This document shows, piece by piece, positions 29,735 to 39,971 of a stretch of DNA of 64,000 nucleotides; within the stretch, counting starts at the first letter, position 1, and each line of letters begins with the position of its first letter. The stretch is from the NCBI GenBank assembly GCA_041744215.1, contig JBGTLG010000039.1:64001-128000 (forward strand). The letters run 5' to 3'. Source of the DNA: Fimbriimonadales bacterium (lineage in GTDB: Bacteria; Armatimonadota; Fimbriimonadia; Fimbriimonadales; ATM1). The position numbers were made by a program, and so were the translations under genes. Below the pieces are notes generated by a model, which did not search any database, had not been told where the DNA came from, and saw only the letters and a program-made list of their open reading frames with translations.

Positions 29735-30205
29735 CTACTTACAATACGCGGGCGAGGGCTCGTTGCATTCGCCGAGTTGATCGAGCTTCTGGATCCTTCG
29801 GACGTGACGCGCCTCCGAGCTAGGTTCTTGATCGAGAAAGGCCTCCACAATTCGTATCGCGGCGTCAGGCGCAATGAGCCTTGCCCCCAAGCACAAGATG
29901 TTCGCATGGTTGTGCTCTCGGGCTAGGCGAGCCGACTCCTCATTCCAGCAGTCAGCTGCTCGAACACCGCAGTAGCGGTTCGCCGCCATCGCCATACCAA
30001 TGCCAGTCCCACAGATCAGAATGCCGATCTCACTTTCTCCTCGAACGAGCCGCTCAGCAACCTCGCCCGCAGCGACAGGATAGTCATACGCGCTTTCGTC
30101 AGTTGCGCCCATTTCCGCGACAGCGTAACCCTTTTCGACCAGGTGGTTGGCGAGAATGCGACGTAGTGCGAATCCCGCGTGGTCAGAACCCAAGTGAATT
30201 GTCAT
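29735..30205 (-). CDS. rpiB: Ribose-5-phosphate isomerase B
   Basis: GSDHAG, DYP, CGTGIGM, HNHANILCLGAR, RHVRRI. Confidence 0.93.
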   Translation of the reverse strand: MTIHLGSDHAGFALRRILANHLVEKGYAVAEMGATDESAYDYPVAAGEVAERLVRGESEIGILICGTGIGMAMAANRYCGVRAADCWNEESARLAREHNHANILCLGARLIAPDAAIRIVEAFLDQEPSSEARHVRRIQKLDQLGECNEPSPAYCK

Positions 30206-30206
30206 G

Positions 30207-33200
30207 TTAGTTACTCCGTCCAAGCCTACCCGCAAGGGTGCGAACTTCCGCGCTAGGATGGGAATCCAGTCTCTTTAGTACGTCGGCAGGCATGTTTATC
30301 TTCCCCGCCTCGTGCGCTCGAAGCAACGGTAAAAGAACCTGCTCAAACATTTCACCGCTCAGCGACGCAAACTCTCCCCAAGCTCGTTCACCGGGCAACC
30401 CGACTATCGAAGCGACCGCGGCGGCGCGGACGTCGGGAACCGCGTCGGAGAGGAGCGCAGTTAGCGTTGCTAGGTGGTGCAGCTTGTTGTCGCGGCCAAG
30501 CTCGGCTGCGATGATTTTGCGAATCTCAGGATCCTCGTCGCGAATCCCACTGTAACCTAGCTCGCGCGTCTTTGGGTCTGCGGATCTCGCAAGAGCTGCG
30601 AAAGAGTAGCCCCGAACAACATTTGAGACATCGTTGACGCTTGCCCATTCCATTCTGCGCGCGGCTGGATCTAAATCGGGGTCAATAATGCGGCTCACCT
30701 CGAGGCGAACCATGGGATCGACTTCCATCAGGAACACGAGCGCGCGTCGCTGTGCCTCTGGAGAAGGAATAAGTCCGAGTGCTCGAACTGCAGCCGCTCG
30801 CGTCATCCAAGAATGAGCGGCGAGCAGATTCCCGATCGGAGTGATGTACTCCTCATTGCCGAGCCGACCCAGTTCGAGGGCTGCCTTAGAGAGGACATGC
30901 TCCTCAAATCGTAGCGACCGCACAGCAGTCTCAATACCCTTGTGCGCCACCGGAGTGTTGATCAGAGCGAGAGCTTCGATTGCGAAAATGCCTGCCCGCT
31001 GATCCGGATCCATAAGCGCGGTTTCAGCGAGAGCAGCAGTAGCGCCCTCGTCCTTTACTCGAGCGAACGCGGCGGCAGCGTTTACGCGAACAAAAGGATC
31101 GCGATCTTTCAGCAGGCCGCGCACCGCTGCTCGAACCTCCGGCGGAGATTCGTCTGTAAGCCCGGCTGCAGCTCTCGCACGCACAGCCGGATCAGGCGAA
31201 CCCGCGTTAGCCGTTCGCCTATCACCAGCATCAGGATGTTCTTTGATTGTGTTGTCCGCAAGGTTCGCCTCACGAGTGATTCTCCACTCATCGACGAAAT
31301 GATCGCGTTGATCCTCGTCGGACTGCTGGTTACTGGAGAACTGGCGGGTGTCTCCAAAGCCGATATCGAAAATGACTATCCTTTCTGAACCGATGACCTT
31401 TGCCAATTCGCCGCCAAGATCGTATACAATGCGCTGCCATTCGCCGCTAGGAATGAACTTCGCACGCGGCAACTGAACGCTCTCTCCCCACTGTGCCCGA
31501 TACTCCCCTGCAAGCATTATCGTGAAGCGTCTTCCGTCGTGCAGGGTCACTACGATGCCCAACGTATCATCGTAAGTCGTCTTCAAGTAAAAGTCGAGGT
31601 ATGGGTAATCGTGAACGTCATAACCCAGCCACTCCGGATCTGGCTTTCCATCCTCCAAGTATCCTCCGAAAGCGTTGACACGCCCCCACCGCGTACCTCC
31701 CGCGTCAGTTATCTGAAGGCACTGACCCCTGAACCCGCCGGGTATAGCACGCGCCCGCCAACCGCCATTGTCTTGGCGAGGTGTATTCCAGCCGTCGGTC
31801 CCTGCGCCGGGGCGGGTTGTAAGTTCGAAGGTCGCGTGCTCGAGAGTAGGCTGGGTGAATCTAACGATGCTAAGGCGCTCGGTTTGGATGGGTCCGGAGT
31901 AACTCTGAACGATCACATCGAGTGCGATTGTAGCTGGCCCGTCCTGCGCATCATCGGGCGCGATGACGCTGCCCTTTATCGTTCTCCGCTCGTTCGCACT
32001 TAGTTCGACTCGTTCAGGCACCCCGCTCAACGCCCAGCCAGTCGGCAGTGTCGCAGCAATCGATGCAATTGTGTTTTCGTCGCCATTTGTGATATGCACT
32101 TCTATGGGCAACTCTTTGCCTGTCATTCTACGAGTGCCAACGGCTTCGATCTCGACTGCAACTGGATCCACCATCCGAACCACGAACGGTCGTTCGACGC
32201 GAGTGCCATCCGGCAGCGCAGATGTCGCTCTCAAGATGTAAGTTCCCTTCGCATCGCGTCCTAAATCGAGTGAGCCACCAGCGCCCTGCGTGATTTGAAC
32301 TCCACTCCAATCTGTGATTCTGATTTGCAGATCAGCGCTGGTGCTTGACACCTCTACCCGAGGCACGTCGCTTCGGCGAGTGTCACCTCCGCCTCTAACG
32401 ACTATCAGAGTGCTCTGCGCACCAAGACGGAGAATGTTAACTTCGGCCGTTGAAGGGTTGTCGAGTTTCACATCCGCTACAACCACCAACTTTCCGCCAA
32501 CACCCATGTAACCCAGGATCGACGCTTCGGCGGGGTCGCCTAAGTGTGCAAACACGAAGTCCGCTGCGTCGAACCGCACAAAAACGAGGTCACGATCTCC
32601 GTAGCCGATTCTCGCGATCGCTTCGCGACCGAAGCTTAGCTGGTTGTTCAGGCTATGTTCGCCCGGGGAGATTGCGGTCAACATGACGCCACGTGTGGAG
32701 CCCCCTATCGGTACAAACAGCAACTCGCTATCGCCGACCACAATCTCCATCGATGTCGCGCCGATGTGGCGCGACAAATCGGACGCTGTCAAAAACGGCA
32801 GCTTTGCCCAAGGATCATCTGCGACGTCGGACCAAACTCGCACAGATCCATCCCACTTCTGCGAAACCTTCAGTACCTCTTCCCAGTTGGGCTCGTCTCG
32901 ATTCGTGAGTTTCGCCCACATCCCTTGACTGACGTTGTAAGTCATGAAGTCACGGATCCACGCAAACCAGCCGGTGTAGCCGACGATATCTGTTTGAAAG
33001 CCGTGCGCCTCTGCGGAATGAAGGTTTGCTAACTGCGAACCCTCTTGCATTCCATACCCAAATTTGCTCCACGTGTTCTCGACCTGATGCAGCCACTCAT
33101 GAAGCAACGCCTCGGTATGGCCTATACGAGTGTCCTGTTCTCGCCCGTTAGTAAGAATCACATACGAGAGTGTCGCATTGTTTGAGCGACCTATCGTCCC

Positions 33201-33905
33201 CCCAAAGCTATAACTGTTTGTTAGTCCTGGCGGATAGAAGTAGATGATCGAATCGTAGTCGCCGTAGTTGAATCTGCCTCTCAAGTAGCTCTCTGCGGCA
33301 ACGAATGGATGGAAAGACCACGTCTGCGCGCCCTCGTAGTCCCCAAAGACGGGCTCCTCCTCCACGCCATAAGTTATCTCAACATCTACGGCGCCATCTG
33401 TAAACGCTTCGACAAGAGCTTCAAAGCGCACAAACGACTCTGCGACGAATCTTACATCTTGCAAACTAAGATAGCCGCGCTGCGGCACAAGGACACCGTC
33501 TGAGCGCTTATACAGTACATCGGTGCGCCGAAAAATCTGGGCCCGAACTTTCCATACACGCGATTCGCCTTGAGCAATTCGATCTTGCGCTCTTTCCCAC
33601 CTCTCTCGAAACTCATCCCAACCGCCTGTTGCTTGATAAATTCTGCCGATGTTGCCCCATTGATTGAGCTGTATCTTCTTCTCTTTCCACCGGATGTGAG
33701 GATCAAAATCCGTCGGGGTCGCGATCAGTTGCTTTGGGAAGCGGATCGGAACGCGCATCTCAGCGAACTTGCGACTGTCAGGATCCGTCTGTCCAAACGC
33801 TATCGTCTCTCCCAATCTGAACCAATTGGGATCGTCTTGCGACCACGTAAGAGGCTGCGCGATCACGATTGCTGCAACTGCGTTGAAAAGCATTATATTC
33901 ACCAT
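30207..33905 (-). CDS. Large secreted protein: HExxH domain, NEW3-like Ig, carbohydrate-binding-like module, C-terminal HEAT repeats
   Basis: Signal peptide; LLHEWLHQVE; LPTGW...APDDAQDG; repeated D.D..VR..AA..L units. Confidence 0.75.
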   Translation of the reverse strand: MVNIMLFNAVAAIVIAQPLTWSQDDPNWFRLGETIAFGQTDPDSRKFAEMRVPIRFPKQLIATPTDFDPHIRWKEKKIQLNQWGNIGRIYQATGGWDEFRERWERAQDRIAQGESRVWKVRAQIFRRTDVLYKRSDGVLVPQRGYLSLQDVRFVAESFVRFEALVEAFTDGAVDVEITYGVEEEPVFGDYEGAQTWSFHPFVAAESYLRGRFNYGDYDSIIYFYPPGLTNSYSFGGTIGRSNNATLSYVILTNGREQDTRIGHTEALLHEWLHQVENTWSKFGYGMQEGSQLANLHSAEAHGFQTDIVGYTGWFAWIRDFMTYNVSQGMWAKLTNRDEPNWEEVLKVSQKWDGSVRVWSDVADDPWAKLPFLTASDLSRHIGATSMEIVVGDSELLFVPIGGSTRGVMLTAISPGEHSLNNQLSFGREAIARIGYGDRDLVFVRFDAADFVFAHLGDPAEASILGYMGVGGKLVVVADVKLDNPSTAEVNILRLGAQSTLIVVRGGGDTRRSDVPRVEVSSTSADLQIRITDWSGVQITQGAGGSLDLGRDAKGTYILRATSALPDGTRVERPFVVRMVDPVAVEIEAVGTRRMTGKELPIEVHITNGDENTIASIAATLPTGWALSGVPERVELSANERRTIKGSVIAPDDAQDGPATIALDVIVQSYSGPIQTERLSIVRFTQPTLEHATFELTTRPGAGTDGWNTPRQDNGGWRARAIPGGFRGQCLQITDAGGTRWGRVNAFGGYLEDGKPDPEWLGYDVHDYPYLDFYLKTTYDDTLGIVVTLHDGRRFTIMLAGEYRAQWGESVQLPRAKFIPSGEWQRIVYDLGGELAKVIGSERIVIFDIGFGDTRQFSSNQQSDEDQRDHFVDEWRITREANLADNTIKEHPDAGDRRTANAGSPDPAVRARAAAGLTDESPPEVRAAVRGLLKDRDPFVRVNAAAAFARVKDEGATAALAETALMDPDQRAGIFAIEALALINTPVAHKGIETAVRSLRFEEHVLSKAALELGRLGNEEYITPIGNLLAAHSWMTRAAAVRALGLIPSPEAQRRALVFLMEVDPMVRLEVSRIIDPDLDPAARRMEWASVNDVSNVVRGYSFAALARSADPKTRELGYSGIRDEDPEIRKIIAAELGRDNKLHHLATLTALLSDAVPDVRAAAVASIVGLPGERAWGEFASLSGEMFEQVLLPLLRAHEAGKINMPADVLKRLDSHPSAEVRTLAGRLGRSN

Positions 33906-34750
33906 TGGAATCGGGTTTCGAAGAGTCGAACATCTTCGTCTGTTGACGCATGGCCATCTCCACGACTGAACGATAGAGCTTCCGCTGAACCGAGTGACTC
34001 GAGGTCCATGGGAAACTTTGCGATCATATCAAGCACGACCTTTCGAATTCGAACTGCGTTCTCTTGGAACACATGCAATACCTCTTGCGCGCTCACTGGC
34101 TTCGTTCCAGAGTGAACGCCGCTGTCGAAGTCGGTGATCAGCGAGATGTTTACTACAGCCATCCCTAGCTCGCGACACAAGTAAGCCTCAGGGTACTGAG
34201 TCATGTTGATCACTTCCCATCCTTGTGCATTGAACCAGCGACTTTCAGACTTCGTGCTAAATCGAGGTCCTTGGATAACGACTACCGTTCCGGCCTCGTG
34301 CACGGAGATTCCGTGGTCTCGTATCACGTCAATCGCTATCCTTCGCAACGTCGGGTCGTACAGGTCAGCAGGGCTCAAATGCGTCACGATCGGCCCGTCA
34401 TAAAATGTGTCCGCGCGGCCCCGAGTTCGGTCAACAAACTGATCGCAGACGACAAAGTCGCCCGGTTTGACATGCGGCTGCAAACTTCCTGCCGCGCACG
34501 GGCTAACAACCGCTTTCACGCCGAGAGCCCGAAATGCCCACACATTTGCGCGGTAATTCAGCTTGTGTGGTGGAATGGTGTGAAGGCGTCCATGTCGCGG
34601 CAAGAATGCCACCTTCCGCCCGGACACTTCCGCGAGAAAGACAGAGTCACTTGGTGGGCCGTACGGCGTATCCACTTTCACCTCGCGCACATGCTCCAAA
34701 AGCGAGTAGAAGCCTGAGCCCCCGAAGATTCCGATTTCGGCTCGATCCAT
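33899..34750 (-). CDS. mtnP: S-methyl-5'-thioadenosine phosphorylase
   Basis: GIFGGSG, TPYGPPS, PRHG, YRAN, GPRFST, INMT, TDFD. Confidence 0.92.
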   Translation of the reverse strand: MDRAEIGIFGGSGFYSLLEHVREVKVDTPYGPPSDSVFLAEVSGRKVAFLPRHGRLHTIPPHKLNYRANVWAFRALGVKAVVSPCAAGSLQPHVKPGDFVVCDQFVDRTRGRADTFYDGPIVTHLSPADLYDPTLRRIAIDVIRDHGISVHEAGTVVVIQGPRFSTKSESRWFNAQGWEVINMTQYPEAYLCRELGMAVVNISLITDFDSGVHSGTKPVSAQEVLHVFQENAVRIRKVVLDMIAKFPMDLESLGSAEALSFSRGDGHASTDEDVRLFETRFQW

Positions 34751-34772
34751 ACTGTTTTGTTACCCTCCTTGG

Positions 34773-35624
34773 TTAGTTGCTCGATTGCGAAAACTCATTT
34801 CGCATCGTGTCATGCATCGATCCGATCAGATCCGCCACTCGCGCACCTGGCCGCAGCAGCAGGTTTGGATGCACCCGAAAGATTCGACCGTTCCGACCCG
34901 CATTAGTTGCAGCCCACCCAGCGTTGGACAGGTAGACGTTCGGGTCGTCTGAGACGAAGACCACATCTGGGTTCCAACTTGCGATCTGTTCGATGTTGAC
35001 AGTCTCAAATCGATTGCTTGCTGGCCCGACCGAAACAGCACCAGCCTTTCGAGCGACATCTCCTTGAAAAGAGTCTACTCCTGCCACCATCGGTTGACTG
35101 CCTCCCATCGCGATAAGCACGCTGGGTTGCGGGTCAAGTTTTCCCTTATGGAGTGAGGCTGTCAGCTTGTCAATCTCTTTACTCGCGGCTACTTGCTGGG
35201 ACAAAAGATTGCCCAAATCTACAACCACGTCACGCCACTCATCCACAGAATTGATATCTACGGGGCGAATCTCCAAGCCTGCCTCTTCCAGTTTCACGAT
35301 GGCTGGATCGTCACCCGAAAACAGGCTCGCGTCGAAGATCACGATATCGGGTTGCAGCGAAATGATGAGTTCAACGTTTGGGGTCGGATTGGCGACTATC
35401 GGCCGATCCCGAATAGTCTCTGGCGCATCGCACGCCGCTGTCCTACCCACAATCTTGGTCTCCAAACCGAGGAGGGCAATGATCTCGGTGGTGCTCGGAC
35501 TTAGCGAGACGATCCGCCCATACAGCTTCTCTGGGAGCTCTCCTCCTACCTGGATCGGCTCCTTTCCACAGCCTCCCAAAAGGAGTCCAACTGACAAGAT
35601 TACGAGGACGAAGCGGCCAAGCAT
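34773..35624 (-). CDS. BtuF/FhuD-like ABC substrate-binding lipoprotein
   Basis: LGGC lipobox; RIVSLSPSTTE, NVELIISLQPD, RPGAR. Confidence 0.85.
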   Translation of the reverse strand: MLGRFVLVILSVGLLLGGCGKEPIQVGGELPEKLYGRIVSLSPSTTEIIALLGLETKIVGRTAACDAPETIRDRPIVANPTPNVELIISLQPDIVIFDASLFSGDDPAIVKLEEAGLEIRPVDINSVDEWRDVVVDLGNLLSQQVAASKEIDKLTASLHKGKLDPQPSVLIAMGGSQPMVAGVDSFQGDVARKAGAVSVGPASNRFETVNIEQIASWNPDVVFVSDDPNVYLSNAGWAATNAGRNGRIFRVHPNLLLRPGARVADLIGSMHDTMRNEFSQSSN

Positions 35625-35700
35625 AAGTGCTATTCTACACGTACGCACCGGCGTCAGCGCGAACCTTTTTCGGGTGCCGTCGGTCACACAGAGGTTACCT

Positions 35701-36597
35701 ATGAAAAACAAAGGATTTTTCACCTTAGCAAGCCTTACATATACGCTGACGAGTTCGGCACTGGCTGCAGACATCAACGGGACCATTATCTTCTCCACCG
35801 ATATCGGTAAGTCTGCATCCATCGTTCTGCTCGACGCCGCCAACACAAAACACGAGGCGAAGCTCGCGCAGGAGGGCGGTTTCGCCTTCAATCGGGTGGC
35901 CGTTGGCGACTCGTCCATCACCATAAAGGTAGGGCGACAGGTGTTTGAGATTCCTCGAATGTGGATTGACGAAGGCACGAACGAGATCACGCTTTACTAC
36001 CCGACCGACATGACCCCAGACGTCCGGGCGGCCGGGGCAGAGGCGGGCCACCGGAGGGGGTCGCAACTCCTACAGGCAGGCGAGTACGCGGAGGCGATCT
36101 CACAGCTCACATTGGCACTTACTCACGATACCGCTCAGTCGCCGACTTGGGGCTCCATGGCGCTCTGTTATGTTGGCCTCGGCAGGCTCGAAGATGCTGT
36201 TTTTTGCGGCAAGATGGCCATCAGGTTCGACCCTACGGAGTCCAGCTACTGGAACAATCTAGGTAGCACCTACTATCGAATGCGTCGATTCTCCGAGGCT
36301 GTCACTCTGTACGAACGCGCGGCCGATCTGAACCCCGCGGGCTCCGGCCTTTACTATTCGAACGCAGGCGCGGCGCACTTTGCCATGGACAACACAGCCG
36401 CGGCGATCTCCGCTTATGAAAAGGCCGTCAAAGCGGAAGGTTGTCCGCCCGGTAGCTGGTTCCACCTCGGGTCCCTGCTCGCGCGGACTGGCGAGAATGC
36501 CCCTGCCGCGAGCGCGCTCAGGGAGTATCTGAGCCGCCAGCCAACCGGGCAGTACGCTGAAAGCGCGAAGCGAATGCTCCAGGGAGTCTCGGGCTAG
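35701..36597 (+). CDS. Secreted TPR protein with N-terminal beta-sandwich
   Basis: Signal peptide; YWNNLG, YYSNAG, WFHLG TPR units; EYLSRQPTG ending. Confidence 0.82.
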   Translation: MKNKGFFTLASLTYTLTSSALAADINGTIIFSTDIGKSASIVLLDAANTKHEAKLAQEGGFAFNRVAVGDSSITIKVGRQVFEIPRMWIDEGTNEITLYYPTDMTPDVRAAGAEAGHRRGSQLLQAGEYAEAISQLTLALTHDTAQSPTWGSMALCYVGLGRLEDAVFCGKMAIRFDPTESSYWNNLGSTYYRMRRFSEAVTLYERAADLNPAGSGLYYSNAGAAHFAMDNTAAAISAYEKAVKAEGCPPGSWFHLGSLLARTGENAPAASALREYLSRQPTGQYAESAKRMLQGVSG

Positions 36598-36866
36598 TCG
36601 CCGCAAACCGGGCCGCACGACTCGCATGCGCCTGGATCCCCAGAGCAGCCGGCCTGGGCGCCCTCTGAAGCTCTGGGTTCTGATGCTGAGTAATCGTTCA
36701 CGTGGAATCCGGACCCCCGGAACATGACCGCAACGGGCTGAATCAGCCTCTTTAAGCTGGACTTACCTTCACAATTCGGGCAGTCTTGAAGCGGATCCTC
36801 AACGATTCGCTGTTCGATTTCGAACACGCGATCGCAGGACGAGCACTCGTAGGAATAGGTCGGCAT
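36594..36866 (-). CDS. FmdB-family zinc-ribbon protein
   Basis: MPTYSYECSSC...CPNC...FRGSGFHVNDY. Confidence 0.9.
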   Translation of the reverse strand: MPTYSYECSSCDRVFEIEQRIVEDPLQDCPNCEGKSSLKRLIQPVAVMFRGSGFHVNDYSASEPRASEGAQAGCSGDPGACESCGPVCGD

Positions 36867-37026
36867 GGAAGTCTCTCTGTGCTTAGAATTATGCCGCTCT
36901 TGTCAAGCCCGTCCTGGATTGCTCTTCCTCGAGGGAGCGCCCGCACCAGCCCCATCTCTCGCCCCGAACAAAACAATGCAGGACTTCGCCGTAATCCCGC
37001 AGAATAGTCACCAGAGAACTGGAAGT

Positions 37027-37509
37027 ATGAGATACCTCGCCCTAATCGCTATCGCCCTCTCCTGCGCCCTAGTCGCTTGCCAAAGCCCCAAGCCAGAAAA
37101 GCGGGTTCCTGCCGGACAGCAAGTGCGCCAGGACCCCATCACAGACCAAGGTGTAGACGCCACTAAATCGAGGCTCGTCACCGCTGCAAACATTGTCCTC
37201 AAGTACGCCGAGAAGCACGGGACGTTCCCTGTGGGTACAGACAGCCTGAAACTCCGCGACACATTGCGCCCCGAGTTCGGTAACGAACCAGGGTTCGAAG
37301 AGCTTTGGGTCAGCCACAACGGCAAAGCGCTCGTCCTTTACAACCAGAACCTTCCGGGCAAGTCCCTGCCGCAGGTCGGCAACCTCGACTCGACCTGGCT
37401 CCTAAAGGACCCTGTCGGGTTTCCAGCTGTCGGGCATGTGACCACCTACTGCAGCGGACGTGTCGACACGGTAATGGAGCGACCAGCCGCTTCTGGCCAA
37501 ATGGGCTGA
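37027..37509 (+). CDS. Hypothetical lipoprotein
   Basis: MRYLALIAIALSCALVAC lipoprotein signal. Confidence 0.7.
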   Translation: MRYLALIAIALSCALVACQSPKPEKRVPAGQQVRQDPITDQGVDATKSRLVTAANIVLKYAEKHGTFPVGTDSLKLRDTLRPEFGNEPGFEELWVSHNGKALVLYNQNLPGKSLPQVGNLDSTWLLKDPVGFPAVGHVTTYCSGRVDTVMERPAASGQMG

Positions 37510-37572
37510 GGCCGGTTCCGGCTCACAATTCCAGTGGCGCCACCGTTGGGTCGCGAGGACGCAATTCGCTTC

Positions 37573-38649
37573 ATGCATAAACTGAAGATTGGAATCATCG
37601 GTGCCGGAGGCATCGCTCAAGGTTGCCATATGCCTGGATACGCATCGATGCCAGATCGATGCCAGATCGTCGCAGTCGCTGACATCGACCAAGCTGCTGC
37701 TAAACAAGCTTCAGAGAAGTTCGAAGTTCCCCAGGTGTTCAGCAACTATCGAGACTTGCTCGCGATTCCCGAGATAGACGCTGTCAGCATTACCACGCCA
37801 AACGCGCTCCACGCACGGCCAACTGTTGACGCATTGGAAGCAGGCAAGCATGTGCTTTGCGAGAAACCGATGGCGATGAACGCTACCGAGTGTCGAGACA
37901 TGATCCGTGCCCAGCGTGCCAGCGGAAAGTTACTCCAGATTGCGCTCCAGTGGCGATTCTCAGGTATCGCACAGTTCATGAAAAGATACATTGACTCTGG
38001 GGCGATGGGCAACATTTACTATGCGCGCGCGCAAGCGCTAAGGCGTCGAGGCGTGCCAGGTTGGGGAGTTTTCATCGACAAAGAGAAACAAGGGGGAGGA
38101 CCGCTCATTGACATTGGAGTTCACATCCTTGACTTCACCCTGTTTCTGATGGGCTACCCGAAGCCGGTTAGCGTCAGCGGCAGCGCGTATCAGGCGATGG
38201 GCCGGAACCCAAAGTACTGGAATGCTTGGGGCGATTACGATCGCAGCAGTTTTACGGTGGAGGACTTTGCCGTCGGCCAGATTCGGTTTGAAAATGGCGC
38301 AACTGTTACTCTTGAATCCAGCTTTATGGCGAACATCGAAAGGGAGACTTGGACGAGCCAGCTCTTGGGCGACGAATCTGGCGCAATGATTGACTTATCC
38401 GGTGGGAACGCAAAGCCGATTACGATTTTTACCGAGCGAGAACAGCAACTCTTTGACATGTCACCTGCCAACATCCCACAGGTGAAATCTATGCATACGG
38501 CAGAAGTCGTCGCGTTTGTAGACGCCATACTTGAGAGTAAGCCATCTCCGGTGCCTGGAGAGGAAGGTCTAATCCTGAATGCAATCTTCGATGCATTGTA
38601 CAAGAGCTCCGAGACCGGCAAGGAGGAACTCGTCGACGTCTCCATGTAG
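37573..38649 (+). CDS. Gfo/Idh/MocA-family oxidoreductase
   Basis: GIIGAGGIA, HVLCEKP, GGGPLIDIGVH. Confidence 0.92.
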   Translation: MHKLKIGIIGAGGIAQGCHMPGYASMPDRCQIVAVADIDQAAAKQASEKFEVPQVFSNYRDLLAIPEIDAVSITTPNALHARPTVDALEAGKHVLCEKPMAMNATECRDMIRAQRASGKLLQIALQWRFSGIAQFMKRYIDSGAMGNIYYARAQALRRRGVPGWGVFIDKEKQGGGPLIDIGVHILDFTLFLMGYPKPVSVSGSAYQAMGRNPKYWNAWGDYDRSSFTVEDFAVGQIRFENGATVTLESSFMANIERETWTSQLLGDESGAMIDLSGGNAKPITIFTEREQQLFDMSPANIPQVKSMHTAEVVAFVDAILESKPSPVPGEEGLILNAIFDALYKSSETGKEELVDVSM

Positions 38650-38672
38650 CGGGATCAGCATCAGGTATTGAT

Positions 38673-39971
38673 ATGGAAAGTGACAGTTGGCGCTGGGGCG
38701 CAATCGGGTTTCTAATACTCTTCAATGCGTTTTTTGTGGCGTCGGAATACGCCCTTGTGGGCGCACGAAGGAGCCGGCTGAATGCGTTGCACTCACGCGG
38801 CAACAAAGCCGCAGGCGCGGCTGTCCACGCCCTCGACAGACTCCCTCATTACATCGCAGGGATCCAACTGGCCATCACGATGGCAGGCATTGGTCTCGGT
38901 GCGATCGGCGAGGGATTTTTAGCGCAGAAGCTCAGTCCCTACTTCGCTGGTGTTGGCCTACACTTAGTCGCTTCTGCAATCGCCTTCCTCGCCGTCACGT
39001 TTTTGCTCGTAGTCCTTGGAGAACTCGTCCCTAAATACATCATCATACGGGACCCAGACCGTGCTCTCATCGGGCTCATTTACCCCCTCAACAGCTCGCT
39101 CATGGTCATGCGTCCACTGACGTTGCTTCTTGAACTCGCAGGTTTTCTGGTCCTTCGACCATTCGGTATTGACATCCGCAAACACAGCCCAGACATCATT
39201 GCAAAAGAAGAGTTCGCAGCACTTGTTCGTGAGAGCCAATCCGCAGGAGAGTTTGCAGAGGCGCACGCAAGAGTCGTAACAAAAGCGCTGCGGCTTGCAG
39301 ACCTGCAAGCGGATGACGTGATGATTCCACGGGTCGATATCGCGGCCGTTGACGCAGATACCGCAGTCGATCAGCTCGCCGCAACCCTAAGTTCCATTCC
39401 TCACGGCAGGCTTGTCGTTGTTGAAGGTGGGAACATTGATGAGATTTTAGGGATCCTGTACCTTCAGGATGCGATGAGGTGTATCTCTGGAGAGGCCAAG
39501 AACATCAGGTCGGTTGTTCGACCGGCTGTTTTCATACCCCCTAACGTGTCGTTGGAGCGAATCATCGACATCATGAGGGCAAAGGCGACTCAGATAATCA
39601 TCGTGAGGGACGAGCATGGAGGAACGGAAGGTTTGTTGACACTTGAGGACATAGTTGAGGAGATTTTTGGAGAACTCGATGACCAGTTGGAGCGAGCACA
39701 GCCGCGAATTGAGCGTCGCGCAGGAGGTCGCATCGTTATGCGCGGAGACGTTCGAACAGACGAACTAGCCGACTTCTTAGGCCTTGATGAAAATCCCTTT
39801 GAGCGTGAGACGATCGCAACGATCGTGCTTGAAGTGCTTGACCGAACACCCAAGCTGGGTGACACGATTGACACCCCAATCGGCCGCCTACGCGTTGACA
39901 ACATGGCTCGTTCGAGAGTGACAAGGGTGAGTCTGCTAGCGAACTTTGACTCGAACAGCTCTAATACGTAG
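38673..39971 (+). CDS. Hemolysin-family CNNM/CBS/CorC membrane protein
   Basis: NAFFVASEYA, QLAIT, GELVPK, MIPR, DEHGGTEGLLTLEDIVEEIFGE. Confidence 0.9.
   Translation: MESDSWRWGAIGFLILFNAFFVASEYALVGARRSRLNALHSRGNKAAGAAVHALDRLPHYIAGIQLAITMAGIGLGAIGEGFLAQKLSPYFAGVGLHLVASAIAFLAVTFLLVVLGELVPKYIIIRDPDRALIGLIYPLNSSLMVMRPLTLLLELAGFLVLRPFGIDIRKHSPDIIAKEEFAALVRESQSAGEFAEAHARVVTKALRLADLQADDVMIPRVDIAAVDADTAVDQLAATLSSIPHGRLVVVEGGNIDEILGILYLQDAMRCISGEAKNIRSVVRPAVFIPPNVSLERIIDIMRAKATQIIIVRDEHGGTEGLLTLEDIVEEIFGELDDQLERAQPRIERRAGGRIVMRGDVRTDELADFLGLDENPFERETIATIVLEVLDRTPKLGDTIDTPIGRLRVDNMARSRVTRVSLLANFDSNSSNT

Noticed and set aside
35167-35990. Mutually overlapping extensions of the 34773..35990 and 35167..36597 ORFs
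   Set aside because: Signal peptides begin at 35624 (minus) and 35701 (plus); the genes are simply divergent.
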